From Antedon mediterranea (Eukaryota > Animalia > Echinodermata): a stretch of 64,000 nt of DNA. A program made the translations under genes and the position numbers. The notes below the pieces were generated by a model. The model was not told the origin of the DNA, did no database searches, and was given only the letters and a program-made list of their open reading frames with translations. Where the stretch lies: positions 7,430,201 to 7,494,200 of the forward strand of contig NC_092670.1 in the NCBI RefSeq assembly GCF_964355755.1, given 5' to 3'. This document shows, piece by piece, positions 12,853-25,570 of the stretch. Position 1 is the first letter of the stretch. Each line of letters begins with the position of its first letter.

Positions 12853-14050
12853 ACTGTGAATTTAAAATGTAATAGTTTTACATTGGTTTAGTTGAACATA
12901 TCGCCTTCATTATTCCACAGGAAATGGATGCCATCTATACCATCTGTTATACATTATAAATAATATTATAGTATTAATATTGTTTATATTATTTTTTTTT
13001 TATTAAAATGCATTATTTTTCCCTGGCTTTTCGTTTATCTTTATATTTATATAATTGTGCACATTACGATTAAAAAAGAATATCTTTGTACATAGCCTAC
13101 TTTAAAATATTTAAAGCAAATAAAATATTTATGAAATATATTTTGTATACAGAAGTCCAACATGGCCGCCATGCATTTAAAATGTTAGTTATACCAATTG
13201 ACCCCACTACCATATAATTTGCAACTAAAATCAGAACTCTAGGTGCCTTTTTAGCAGAGATATAGGCCTACCTGAAAAGTGAAAATTTGGGGTCCGCCAT
13301 TTTGACATCCAAAATGGCGGCTTTCCCCTAACCAAATTTTGTGCAACCCTTCCATTTCATATTTTTGACACCCTAATGAATAACTGTGCAAAGTTTCAGA
13401 ATGTTATCACAATTTGAAGGATTGGTTCACTTAACAGGCCTACTAAATTAACATGGTCACGTGGACCGTTGACTCCACTGACTCCAATGAATCATGACTT
13501 GCAGTTTGTCAATACCCCAAATCTAGACGTACCTTGTTGGAGTCCAATTGAAAATCGTTTATATAGGTTGTTTTGCATTGTTCGTTTGTATTGTATTTTT
13601 AATCTGTATCAATCAAAATGTTTGTGCGAGCATTCACCTTTTGTGGATTATTAGCTGTATTATTATGGGAGTATATTTTCATACGTGTTTGATCCAAAAA
13701 TTACTGGGGTAATAATGTTCAGGGCATTGGGAGGTTGCTTATATGCGCTATATAAGAATGAGCTATTATTATTATTATTCTTTAAACGTTTTTAGTTGGG
13801 AGGGATCAGGTTCAGTTAATAGTTGAGAGATTATTTAGAGGGTATGAAATATTTGATCAAATTAGAGGGTTCAGGTTAGGACGTGAATTGGACGGACACT
13901 CGATGCGTTCTTCTCGTCCAAGGGGGGCAGTAAGTCTTGGTCTCTGTAAGTTCAATCATTTCACATTCACACATTTAATCTGCAATATAAATATACAGTA
14001 TTTACATTACAGTGATTTTACAGAGACAAATTGTCTGTAGTCGTAAGACC

Positions 14051-14401
14051 ATTTAGAGATGTATTTTTCGCCCAAAAAACATGAAAAATAAAGATTAATA
14101 AAATCAGACTTTGAATAGATTATTTTGTAGCTTCAATAAAGTTAATCATTTCAGTAGAAAAAAAATGGAAAAATAAATGTTTTCACTTACAAAATTACAA
14201 AATAAATGGTTAAATTCAACCAAAAACCCATTGGCTGGCAGCCAATTTGACTATGTTTTGCTTTAAATTACAGTTTTTTAGGTAAATACTTTTTTTTTCC
14301 ATCCAATTTTTGGTCAAAGTTGATAACTATTTGGTGACATTAAAATGGCATATTCAACAGAAAAAAGGGAATTAATTTTTCAGGGGGACAATACATCTTT
14401 A
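14051..14401. mobile_element. Kolobok-like MITE (family also at about 32965-33313, 43866-44175 and 62000-62445)
   Basis: Ends in GGGGACAATACATCT|TTAA with an imperfect AGATGTATT left end. Internal blocks recur in several other copies. Confidence 0.6.
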
Positions 14402-14859
14402 AAACAAAACAAAAAGGAAAGGAAACAAAATATATAGGCAAAAGCATAAATACATATAATATAAAACGAAAACTAAATCATGGTTCAATTCAATTGTGAT
14501 ATGTTGTTTATAGGTTTTGGTTAATTTGATAGTTTAGAAAAATTATGTAGAGTGTAGATTAAGTTGATAGTTAGGACAAACTATTTAGAATATAGGAGAA
14601 GTTAATTCGGGTATGTGTCAAACAGTATGTTTGGTATTTTAACGAAGAATTTAGTTCAAATAGAGAGAAATGGCAGAGATTACATTTTTGTATGGAGAAT
14701 ACATATCAAACTGTACCTTGGAGAAGTTTTAATATATAAAAAGATAAAGTAAGATAAATATTAGTAATATTAATAGTTTTAGAGTTGTAATTGAAACTGT
14801 AGTAGACTAAAAAGCACGTGTTACAGAAATCATAGCTTATCGTAATTACTCAACCAATA

Positions 14860-17770
14860 CTATATAAACCTAGACCATGACTGTTTCCTACCTTCAAGGT
14901 TTAGAGAGTTCGATCTCGCCTTAAATTTCAAACAACTTCTTTTAAAGTCATTTTTGTAAAGAAGGTATGGTTCTAGTATCGGTTTATTCTTGTACATATA
15001 TATTGTGTCAGAGATGATTTTGATTGTGCTCTCTTCTGCCATTCGTTATTATCGATATCTTTGTTCTTGCATTTAAATTGAGTTAACCAATTACCAGGTG
15101 ATTCGTTGGTGAACATATCACCCATGTTACATTCATGTAAGGCTTTTTTAACCTGATTTAACCATCCCCATTTTAATTTATCTTCAAGAATGTTTATGGC
15201 GTTAAAAATCACATTGGACCATCTGTCCTTCTCCATGTTTTTTAGGCGGTTAAAATATTTAATCCGAGAGTAGTTTTGAAGCGATTCTAGTGATTGCCAG
15301 CCCAAGTCACCATATAGAGCCTCTTTTGCAACGTTACGCGGAGCCTTAAGAATGGTTCTCGCCATTAAAAACTGCAGGTTTTCAACTTTTGCCATTGTTG
15401 TTTTTCCGTTACAGTACCAAACTGAGCATGTGTAATTAATGGTAGGGATTCCGATAGATTTCCATAATAGGTCCCCGTAATAAATTCTGTTAAAATCATC
15501 TTGTTCATTTATAATGGATTTAATATACGCAATGATGCGATTACCCTTCTTGATAACTTCGTCTATGTGAAGATTGTCCGACAACGTACGAGAAATATAT
15601 ACTCCCAAGTATTTGTATTTATCAGTTTCTGTTATAGAATTGTTTCCTAACCTCCATTTTCTATATAAGTTGGTCCTTTGTCCTGTGATAAGGACATTTG
15701 ATTTATCATAATTAAATGACATTTTCCATTCTTTAGCAAATTCTGTAGTAGTTTGTAGGAGCATTTTAAGTTCCTTCTCGTTTTCTCCTATTAGCACGAC
15801 GTCGTCGGCCCATAATAAACAATTAATTTTAGTGTTAAAGATGTTAACACCTAGATCTGAGTGGTTAAGCATTATACGTAATTCATTGATGTATATTGAG
15901 AAGAGTGTTGGCGATAACGAGCATCCCTGCTTAACACCTTCATCGATATCAAATAACTCCGTCTCTAAATTAGCAAATTGGACCTTACATTTAACATTCT
16001 CATATAAATTTTGTACGATATTAATTAGGTTACCTTTTATACCGATTCGGCGTAATGCTTTTATTAGTCCTTCTCTCCAGACTGTATCGAATGCTTTTCG
16101 GAAATCGAGAAAAGCCAAAAATGTCTTTTTACCCTCGGCTTGTCGAGTAGCTATCAAGCTTTTAAGGGTGAAGATATGGTCTTCACATCGTCTATTTTTA
16201 CGGAAGCCCCCTTGTGCTTCGGTTAATAAATCATACTCTTCAAGGAATTCTGATATTCTTCGAGAAATTATTCGACTATAGATCTTAGCAGCAATGCATG
16301 AGTTTAAGGTAATTCCTCTATAGTTATCTAAATTTCGCCGGTCGCCTTTTTTAAATATAGGAACTATTGTGCCGTTGTTCCATTCATCTGGTATACATTC
16401 GAGATGGGAGAGCCTTTTAAACAGTTTATACAGTGTTGCAACAATTGTGTTACCGCCGTTTTTTATCAATTCGTTAGAAATATTATCATTGCCCGGGCTT
16501 TTGTTGTTTTTACATAGGGAGACTGCGTATTTTACATCTTCACATGAGAATTCGAGTTTATCCAGAGTAGCGGTTTGAACATTTATGTTGTAGCTGTCAG
16601 CTAAATTGTCATTAAATAGATCATTCTCTACATCTAAGTTTTTCTTACCTAAGGTATTAAAGTAATTGGTTAACGAGGACATTAAATATGGGTGCGTCTG
16701 ATGTTACATTGTCCGTTCCCGGAATTATTATAGATGTAACATTGTTTGTTCGTTTATTTCCTTTTAAAACTGACCAGAAGTCTCTAGACTGAGGTCCGCC
16801 TTTTTCCATTATTTTTGAACATCTATCCATCCGGATTTGCATCATTTTTTGTCTAATTAATGTTTTACATTCGTTTCGTTTAGTTTGATAATCTTTCCAG
16901 AGATTATCCCTTATAGTTTTATTAAAGTCAGAATTAGTTTTGTTCTTAACATATAGTCGGTGTGCTCGACACGCTTTTTTTCGTTTTTCCATTGACTGTT
17001 CAATATCACAATCAAACCATTGTTTACTTTTTTTTGGACTGTTTTTTATAGCCTATTGTCTCTTCGGCAGCAGACACTACAAGGCGTTTCCACGATTCCC
17101 AAGCTTCGTTAGCATTTAAATGGGCTGGGTCCCAGTTAGTGAATTTAGATTCTTGGAACGTTGTCCAATCGTGGTTATACTTTATATCCCATCGTTATTT
17201 AAGTGTTTCAGGGATTGTGTTATTATTATTAATTGATTCCACATTCATATCAATTATAATCATGTTATGATCGCTACCTATGTGAAAGTTACATTGGTCA
17301 TCTATCATGAATTCATTTATATCTTTTTGAATATTTGCTGATACAAGACCATAATCCAAAACACTTTTATGTTGATTCTTTACCCACGTAAATACTCCTG
17401 TACATTTTTCACTACCGTTAAGGATAAACAGATCACCATCATTACTAAAATCAATAAGTCCTTGACCATTATAGTTTATAGATTCGTCTCCATCGTTAAT
17501 CAAGTGACCAATTTTGCCGTTGAAATCTCCAAGAATTATTATTTTAGCATCATTGTCATTTTGAGAGATCTCTAAATTTTCCGCTAATAAGGAGACAAAC
17601 ATCTCATCAGTCAAGTTGCGATCGGTTCCTTCACATGGAAAATAAACTAAAGCTATGTAATATATTGAATTGGTAGAACTATTAAATTGCACTTTTACCC
17701 ATAGTCGTTCGAGGGTATCACATCTCGTATCTAATACATTGTCATCTATGATCTTAATGTCGTCCCTAAT
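14860..17770 (-). mobile_element. LINE ORF2 (AP endonuclease + reverse transcriptase), frameshifted
   Basis: APE motifs IIILGDFNG, SVLDY and SDH (17195-17692). The 569-aa RT ORF at 14973-16682 has KSPGND, NYRGITL, QGGFR, FLDFRKAFDTV, GVKQGCSLSP, WADD and YKYLG. Confidence 0.95.
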
Positions 17771-18171
17771 TCAAGATTCAAGAAATTTTATTTGTCCATA
17801 AAATGGAAATTCACTTTGCTTGGTAGATTAAAACAACAGTATAGCAAAAATTTAAAAACGTGCAGTATGATAACAGATTAAAAATACAAGATAAAAAGTT
17901 ATCAATTGTCAATTTGTAGGTACTATGTAATATATTGAATTGGTAGAACTATTAAATTGCACTTTTACCCATAGTCGTTCGAGGGTATCACATCTCGTAT
18001 CTAATACATTGTCATCTATGATCTTAATGTCGTCCCTAATTCAAGATTCAAGAAATTTTATTTGTCCATAAAATGGAAATTCACTTTGCTTGGTAGATTA
18101 AAACAACAGTATAGCAAAAATTTAAAAACGTGCAGTATGATAACAGATTAAAAATACAAGATAAAAAGTTA
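17653..18171. repeat. Near-perfect tandem duplication of about 250 bp spanning a LINE/LINE junction
   Basis: 17653-17901 equals 17923-18171, separated by a short filler. Confidence 0.9.
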
Positions 18172-18400
18172 AAAATACTGTTAAAAATGTAAAACTATTA
18201 AAAATTGCATTAACGTCTTACATTAGAATTAAAAATATGAATGCTATTTACAACGAAGGATTTTCTAGTTCTACAAAGATTTGCTCTCGGAGGTCGTAGC
18301 CTAATGCCTGACCTATTTAAGTTATAACAATAATGTAACGGATGAGTGGGGTCTTTCATAATATTGTTAACTTTTTTTAGAATACTCTTTTTATTGGGAA
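18040..18400 (-). mobile_element. 3' end of a Rex1/Babar-like LINE
   Basis: Translation ILKKVNNIMKDPTHPLHYCYNLNRSGIRLRPPRANLCRTRKSFVVNSIHIFN*, followed by AATAAA and a (CTTGAAT)n tail. Confidence 0.75.
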
Positions 18401-18750
18401 GCCGATCCCGCCTTGACTTTTTTTAGTATAATATGATGATCTATTTTTCCCAATCCAATTGTTAACCTTTGATTTGTATTTCTTCTTACCTCGTCTAATT
18501 TCTTTTTACCTCGTCTAACTTTAACATGTTTATGATTAATCTTATTTGGAGGCACGTAGTTTAACATAGGATCAGGATTTACACTATTGATACTAGCGAT
18601 ATCTTCGCTATTTTTGTTAATTGTTATCTCATTTATACAGGTATTGTTATTACATTCGTCAATTAAGAAATCGTATATATTGTCATGATTAAAAGACATT
18701 ACATTACCCCGCAGGTTTCTTTTTATAGTCATATATACTTTATTGTCCAT
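18391..18750 (-). mobile_element. Probable N-terminus of the LINE ORF2, separated from its APE domain
   Basis: ATG-initiated Asn/Lys-rich ORF reaching ...NQRLTIGL, which resembles the start of an APE domain, before the Rex1-like junction. Confidence 0.4.
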
Positions 18751-18869
18751 TTAAAAAACAGAAATGTGATTTGAAAACTGGCAAAATACAAAAATATAAA
18801 ATACAATTTACAAAAACACACACAAAAAGTTAAGAGGCTAAAAATTGTAAAAATTAGATAAAAATTATC

Positions 18870-19935
18870 GGTTACATTTTACCTTTGTACTCTGTAGTTA
18901 TATAAGTGTATAGCATTAGGTACAAACGAGCACCTAAACCGTTTTGTTTTGGTATTAAGTGCACGTAGTCTTATGCCAGAATTCATGAGAGCAAATTGTT
19001 TGTGAAGAGGATGTGACGTTTCATCATCAATGATACTTTTACTTTTTTTAACACATTTTCTTTATACAAGGATTCAACATCAGGTAAGTGCTCTCCTACT
19101 AGTCTAATTGCTCTATTTCCTATTCGATTAAGTTTAATTTTATCTTTTTGCATTGTATTACCATAACAAAAAAACATTACAAAAAAGTATTACACTGAGA
19201 ATTACAGAGTTATAAAACAATTTAAGTATAGTTTTGTCAATTTGTAGGTACTTCATTTTTCTTAAAATAAACATCCTTTGGTTGGCTTTGCATGTGGCTT
19301 TATTTACATTATTTATCCAATTTAGCTTATTGTCAATTATACAACCCAGATATTTGTACTCATTTACTACTTCAATCTCATTTTCATTTATAATCAGAGG
19401 TTCTAAGGGTTCTTTAATTTTCCTAAAATCAATTTGCATTTCTTTTGTTTTCTTTATGTTTAGTTTCAGGTTGTTATTGCAGCACCAGTGATAAAAATCA
19501 CATCCTAGTTGTCTATAGCTTGTTTCATTATTGCCAGTAATGTATCCAGTGATGACTGTGTCATCTGCATATTTTACTATACAACATTCATTTGAATTGG
19601 CTTTGAAACTGCTGGTGAACAGTGAAAACAACATTGGGGAGATAACAGACCCTTGTGGCGTGCCAATGCTAACAGTTCTTTTATCAGATAAAATACCGTT
19701 TAGTTTAACCTTGGAACCTTTTTGTTAAGAAATTATATATCCATGAAGTCAATGTGTCGTGTACGTTCATTTCTTTAAGTTTGCGTACTAATGAACCAGG
19801 TTCAACGGTATTAAAAGCACTAGAAAAATTCTATATACAAACATATGATTTAGGCACATCTAAATGTTGGTAAATATTATGTAAGTGGAAGAGCACAGCA
19901 TCTTCAACACTTCTATTACTCTGATAGGCAAATTA
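18870..19935 (-). mobile_element. 5'-truncated Rex1/Babar-like LINE RT fragment
   Basis: FSSAFNTV, GTPQGSVISPMLF, KYADDT, LKLNIKKTKEMQIDFRK and YKYLGCIIDNKLNW motifs, with frameshifts. Confidence 0.85.
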
Positions 19936-20219
19936 ACAGGTAGAAGCATCTCTACATGTAAATCCCTCCTCTAATAAAACAAACAAACAAAACAGAGAAC
20001 AATGATATTACAGGCCTAAAAATAGTACCGTATACTATTATACTGTAAAAGCACAACATTTAATGTATGAAAATTGCTAAAATGACACTATACAAATATA
20101 AAAACTTATAGGTCTAAACATATAGATATATAAAAATATCCAAAAATACTTGAATTCTAATTCTTTTTTTTTTTTAAGGTTTAACCATTTCTAAAACAAA
20201 ATAGATCAATTTAAACGTC

Positions 20220-20410
20220 TATGTGTGCATGGTATACACGTACATGTCGTGGATGATGCAATAATAATTATAATATACCTATTAAAATATCGTTAAAACA
20301 AGTCGTCACTTCACAACGCGCGTCAACGAATATTAAAAAAAGGACAAAAAATCACACATTTTTTAGCATTTAAATGGTAGTCCTGATTGTAAAGTGGCAA
20401 ATGGTTTAAA
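20220..20410 (+). pseudogene. Second copy of the Penelope-like GIY-YIG remnant
   Basis: IVKTSRHFTTRVNEY*KKDKKSHIF*HLNGSPDCK, alignable by eye to 8620-8730. Confidence 0.6.
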
Positions 20411-20689
20411 AAAACAAATATTCACAATTATATTTTACAATATTTTGTGCAGATTCATTTCCTTAAACATCGTAGGCCTACTATTGCAAAAGCAAGGTGA
20501 CACATATGTTTTGGCAATTTCATTTACACGTATTTTTCCACCTGAAAGATAGTGATGTGGTCCATCTGAAAGACATTTGGTATAGTTATGGTATATGTAA
20601 GTACCTTGGTTTTGATAAATTTTCTATATTACTATAACATATGGAATTCACTAATAACTATTTTCTATGTACCTTCATTGATAGTCTGT

Positions 20690-20945
20690 GTATACAGAAA
20701 CACTATGTTTGGTATTTTAACGAATAATTTAGTTCAAACAAAATCAAATGGCAGAGATTCAGGTTTTGTGAGAATACATATTAAAATATATTCTTAGAGA
20801 ATCTTTTTCATAAAAAAAGATTAAATATAAGATAAATATTTAGTAATTTTAGGCCATATGTTTATGTTGTATAGTTGGGATTAAAACTGTAAAAAAAACC
20901 GGAAATTACAATTTATCGTGATTACTCAATCAATAGTGTACTATA
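20690..20945 (+). repeat. Duplicate of 14615-14865
   Basis: Shares tatgtttggtattttaacgaa...aaatggcagagatt...ttatcgt.attactcaa. Confidence 0.75.
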
Positions 20946-21494
20946 ATAACAGAATTCACTGTCAGGGCGGTTGTTGTTTACAATGTTCACAATGAAAAGC
21001 TTTTAAGGCTGAAAGCCCATTTAGAACTACCGGTATTCTAAGAGGACTTAACCAGGAATCCATTGAGGTACAGTCAGCAACGCTTTTACCCACTCACGCA
21101 AATACAAGCATCCATTTTATTTATTTATTTGGATTTACACCTTTAGATTGGTGGCACACTTATAGCCTCAAAATAACCAATATAAAATATAACATATAAA
21201 ATACAAAAATAATATAATTAATTTACACACAGAAAAGTATAATGGCAAAGAAAAGAAGATAAAAACAAAATCCAATGATTAACATAATATAACTAAAACT
21301 ACTATCAACCCTTTCCTCCGCCCTCACCACACTCCCATCCCTACCAATTGTCATAAATACATAAATCATTACTTTCCACAAATGAAGGCAAAAGAAACAA
21401 ACAAAATTAGTAAAAGTGTATTAAATAAAATCAACTGTTAAAACAACTTAGTTCTAAAACCCCACCCCTCTTTTCAATTTATTTAATACAGCAA

Positions 21495-22450
21495 TCTAGA
21501 TAAATTATTGAGTCATTGATGGTAACATTTCATGGACATCCACACCGATTCTGATATTAGATATCTATGTTGGACATGATACGAAATATTGTTATCAAAA
21601 GAATTGGAAAGAAAAAGTTGATGCATTAGAAAATAAAAACATGGGAGAAAAGACACCTCACTTTTTTTAAAGAATTACTATTGTAAAACATTAGCGCTCT
21701 AAAAAATTATATACAATTCCAGCATTTTCTAGTACCATAAAAAGTAATAAAAGAGGTGGAAAAAGTGATTTATAAATTCATTTGGGAAACTAAGAAGGAC
21801 AAAATAAAAAGAAAAGGTCGTCTAACAATGGTAGATTTCAGATCTCAGGTTATATCTTTCCAAGTTAAATGGACAGGAGACTGTATGAAATTAAATTTGA
21901 ATTAAATTGTATTGAAAGCCATTCCACAATAATGGAAATGTATTTTAAAATCAACATATGACATTAAATTATATACTTATTACAAACAATAAGGTCTTAA
22001 ATATGACGTCAAGACTCATAATAGATGTTCAATATATTACACCCACCGTCGGCACAGGTTAAGTAGGAATCCATATTTGGTAAACTGCCATGGAAGAAAA
22101 TATGTGTTAAGAAAGTTTCTGGTATTAAAGAAAAAAACTGGCACATTTTAATTTTAAATTGTTGCACAGAATATTGCCAACAAATTAAAGATTACATACG
22201 TGAAGCCTTGTAAATTCTCCATTGTGACACATGCAATTTTATTGAGAATGACTAACATATTTTAGCAGAGTGTATAACAGTAAAATGTCTATGGAGAGAG
22301 ATAAACAGAATTAGAGCAGTAAACATAAATGATCCTGTTTTTTTTCCATTTAAAAGGCTTCTATTTGAAATTACGTTACTAAATTATACACTTTAGGAGC
22401 ATTCTGTATTTATAAAGTAAAGATATTAGGTTGGAAAAAGAAAAAAAAAT
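21495..22450 (+). mobile_element. Degenerate L1/Tx1-clade LINE ORF2 3' part
   Basis: NWKEKV, W..RHLT, RITIVKTLAL, FNFKLLHRILPT, and the CCHC knuckle CDTC...E...H....C...KCLW. Confidence 0.75.
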
Positions 22451-23229
22451 CAATCTCCTACAATTGTTTAATTCTGAAAAAAGATAAGAAATATGTAAAT
22501 ATTCTATGTATATATATACTTATGCTCAATCAGATTACATGTACTGTATGAGAAGAGATACAACGAATGATCTATTATGTTTATGAAGTTCTACTTCTGT
22601 AGGGGTATTTTTTGGCTTCTTTGTAAATTAAACTAAATCAAATATAAATATATATTATATATTATTATTAGATGATATGAAAAAAAAGGTTTTGAAAAGC
22701 TTTTTATAGATAGATAATAAAAAAACAACAATGACATTTGTAGTTGTTGTTAATTATTATTACAAAAAAAACATTTGATAAATGAAAATGGGTAATAGCC
22801 ACATTAGAAAAAAAATGTTAAGAAAGTAAAAAAAAAGTATGACAATTATGTATGATATGTGTGTAAGTAAGTAATGTTTTGAGGGCCAAGGAATCCAATT
22901 ACAATATTTTGAAGTTTACCCAATGGCAACCACTTTGAAAATCAAAATGGTTGTTTTTCAAAATGGCCGTATTAAAATACTACAGATTTCTGCTCATATC
23001 TCAGCTTCTACAGCATGTACTGTATAGACATGATTTTTGTCGCAAAAATTAGGATTTGAGGATAAAGGAATTTCACCCAATGACCAACACTTTGAAAATA
23101 CTATGATTATGGTTTTGCTAAGCCTACGTTTTGAAGTTTACAGAATAAATCAAAATTCAGCTTTTGAAAAACACAATGTTAGAGAACATTGTTGTCGTTT
23201 CAATTTGAAGGAACGGGTATTTCCCTTTT

Positions 23230-25570
23230 CATATTTTTAAAGGATTATTCTCATTTGGAATCAATTACCGTATCGAATCAGTCTAACAATTCTCCTTTAC
23301 CTTTCAATAAGCCTGTTTGTAAATTTTACAGTGAAAAATTGAAAAACAACTTTGACCCCAATAATACATGCACGTGGATATCACGTTGTCGATTTTCCCG
23401 TTGCAGGCATCAATAGTTCAGTAGGCATGTGTGTATCATATTCATATATAAAAGTATAAGTTGTTTTTAAATTTTATTTTTCAAATTGTTTTATAACATA
23501 TTTTAGCTATTTTTATATTTTACTTTAGGAATTTATATATTATATTTATTAATGTTATGTGTATTTTAAGGGGGGATGTGGATAGAGGTGCTTGTCACCT
23601 GTTCATCCCGTTCTCTTCGCTGCCTTTTTGTTATGTTGTTATGTGCAGTGATACATTTTAATAAATAAAATAAAATAATAAAGAGCATCATAATCTCCTT
23701 TCATAACCACCAAGAACAGTGAAATGTGAGTTCATTTGCCGATTCCGTCGCCTTTAATTTATTTTATTTTATTTTTATTTTAACCATTAGACACGGGAAC
23801 ACATTTTGTACCCGTACCTACTTGTGTAAAACGGTTGACTGTAGAGCGAATGATTTGATTTTAACTATACTAATGCTATACTAATTTAAATATACTAATG
23901 TAGAATAAAAAATGTTCAGATAGTCCAATCGGTTAAACGTGGACGCTTCTAAGAGAATTGTCCCCAGTTATAATGTTAGGTTAATTGTATCCGGCACTTA
24001 AAACGTAATTAATTGTAATGTTAATATATGGTAGCAATCAAATTGATTAGATTAGAATTATGAAAATGGAAATTATCAGTAATTAATAGATGAAAATACA
24101 ATAAAGAACAGAATGATGTTGATGCTAAATGAATGAATGAATTAATACAATGAATAATTTGGATTTTGCAATAGTAAAAACTTCTCTATTAGAAAAACTT
24201 CAAATCAAACGAATATGCTTATGATAATGTGTATAATATTTGTTTTATTTAGTTTTTTGAAGATTCGTCCAACTTATATTTCATCTAGAAATTAATACCA
24301 GTTTCTGACTCATATTCACATTACATTATTATTCTATACATCTAATGATGATCTATTTGATTTTATAATCCATGGTGATTTATATTGAAATAAAAAAACA
24401 ATAAATGTACAAATAAAAATGCTATTGTTAATTTTGTTCTTATGGCTGTTATTTTCGGTTAAATGAAATCACGGAGAAATAACAAAAAATGTTTTCCCCA
24501 TTTCATAAAAATGTGTTGATATAAAAGTTAGGCCTAGAGACATAATTATAACACACAGTAAGTTTTTTTTCTCGAATAAATCATAATAGCTCTATAGTAC
24601 ACAGCTGGTTATCTTGTTCAGTTTTATGTACAAGTGCAGCTTGTTAATGTATTGTTAGGCCTATATACAATATTGCAATTCCTAGTTTAAAATGGCAGCT
24701 ATAACCATACTTTATAATTATTATGCATGAATTTTTTTGGAGACAGCTAAAAATACCTTTTAAACATTCTTATTTCTCTATGATAAAAAAACTGCTAAAA
24801 AATACAGGATTGAAGTAAATTTTATTGATTATTTGTACTGTTGGTTTTCAATAAAGTTATTTCAAATATAGAACAATATTTGGAAACACTTGGAAATGAT
24901 ATTGTAAATATGTTGCTGTTCTACGTAGTTTGTTGAAATAAGAATAATGATTTACCTAAAAAAGATTTTGTATTTATGTTGTAGTTTTTAAGATCAAAAT
25001 AAATAAACATAACGCAACAATTACACCTGTGCACTGCGGATTAGTAGGTTAAATATATATATATATATATATGAATTATTGAATTAAACCGTGTTAACGT
25101 ATTTTCAAAGAAAAAACTGATGAAGAAGTCAATCTGCGGCGACTGTAGAATAGACCCGAGACATGACTTACTTCGATTTTTAGACGACAGAAGAATGGAG
25201 TTTTTTTAATTGCGATAGGCCTATGTGTTTATATCATTTTAGTTTTAACAATAACATTTGTTAGTACAAGATAATATAGATATATAAGAAAAGCAAAGAT
25301 ATTGTGGAGTGGCTATCCTGAAAATACAGTACTAAGTACAGTATTGTATAATAAGTTTAACATTGTAAATTTTAGGCGATACGTGGCAGGCCTATATATA
25401 GCTGCCCCGTTTCAATCATATAGGCCTATATGTCGTATGAAATCATAATTTCAGCGCTTTACACAATTATAACAATAATATAATTATATTTACTATGTAT
25501 GGAATAATCTACAGCAACTTTACAGTCTAATTATTTAAATTTTAAATCAAATTATAAAAAAAAAATATTT
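23230..25570 (+). repeat. Segmental duplication, copy 1
   Basis: 23230-23470 matches 26470-26680 and 24400-25570 matches 26785-28535, with differential insertions. Confidence 0.9.

Larger units (their letters stand above)
6490..13640 (-). repeat. Decayed tandem array of about 3 paralogous units, interrupted by TEs
   Basis: Shared blocks: TATA-like block (7165-7210, 8475-8530, 13545-13600), exon-like block (6765-6900, 7585-7730, 12855-12975), CTTCACG block (6510-6620, 11195-11340), and 6960-7050 matching 13030-13130. Confidence 0.7.

Noticed and set aside
15832-16578. Plus-strand ORFs of 149 and 69 aa
   Set aside because: Antisense shadows of the LINE reverse transcriptase. The same applies to the ORFs at 9427, 9904, 17369, 19234 and 19531.
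7735-19935. Uni-strand piRNA-cluster signature (LINE/SINE fragments mostly on the minus strand)
   Set aside because: Few independent insertions, and the Penelope and Tx1 remnants nearby are on the plus strand. It cannot be supported without small-RNA data.
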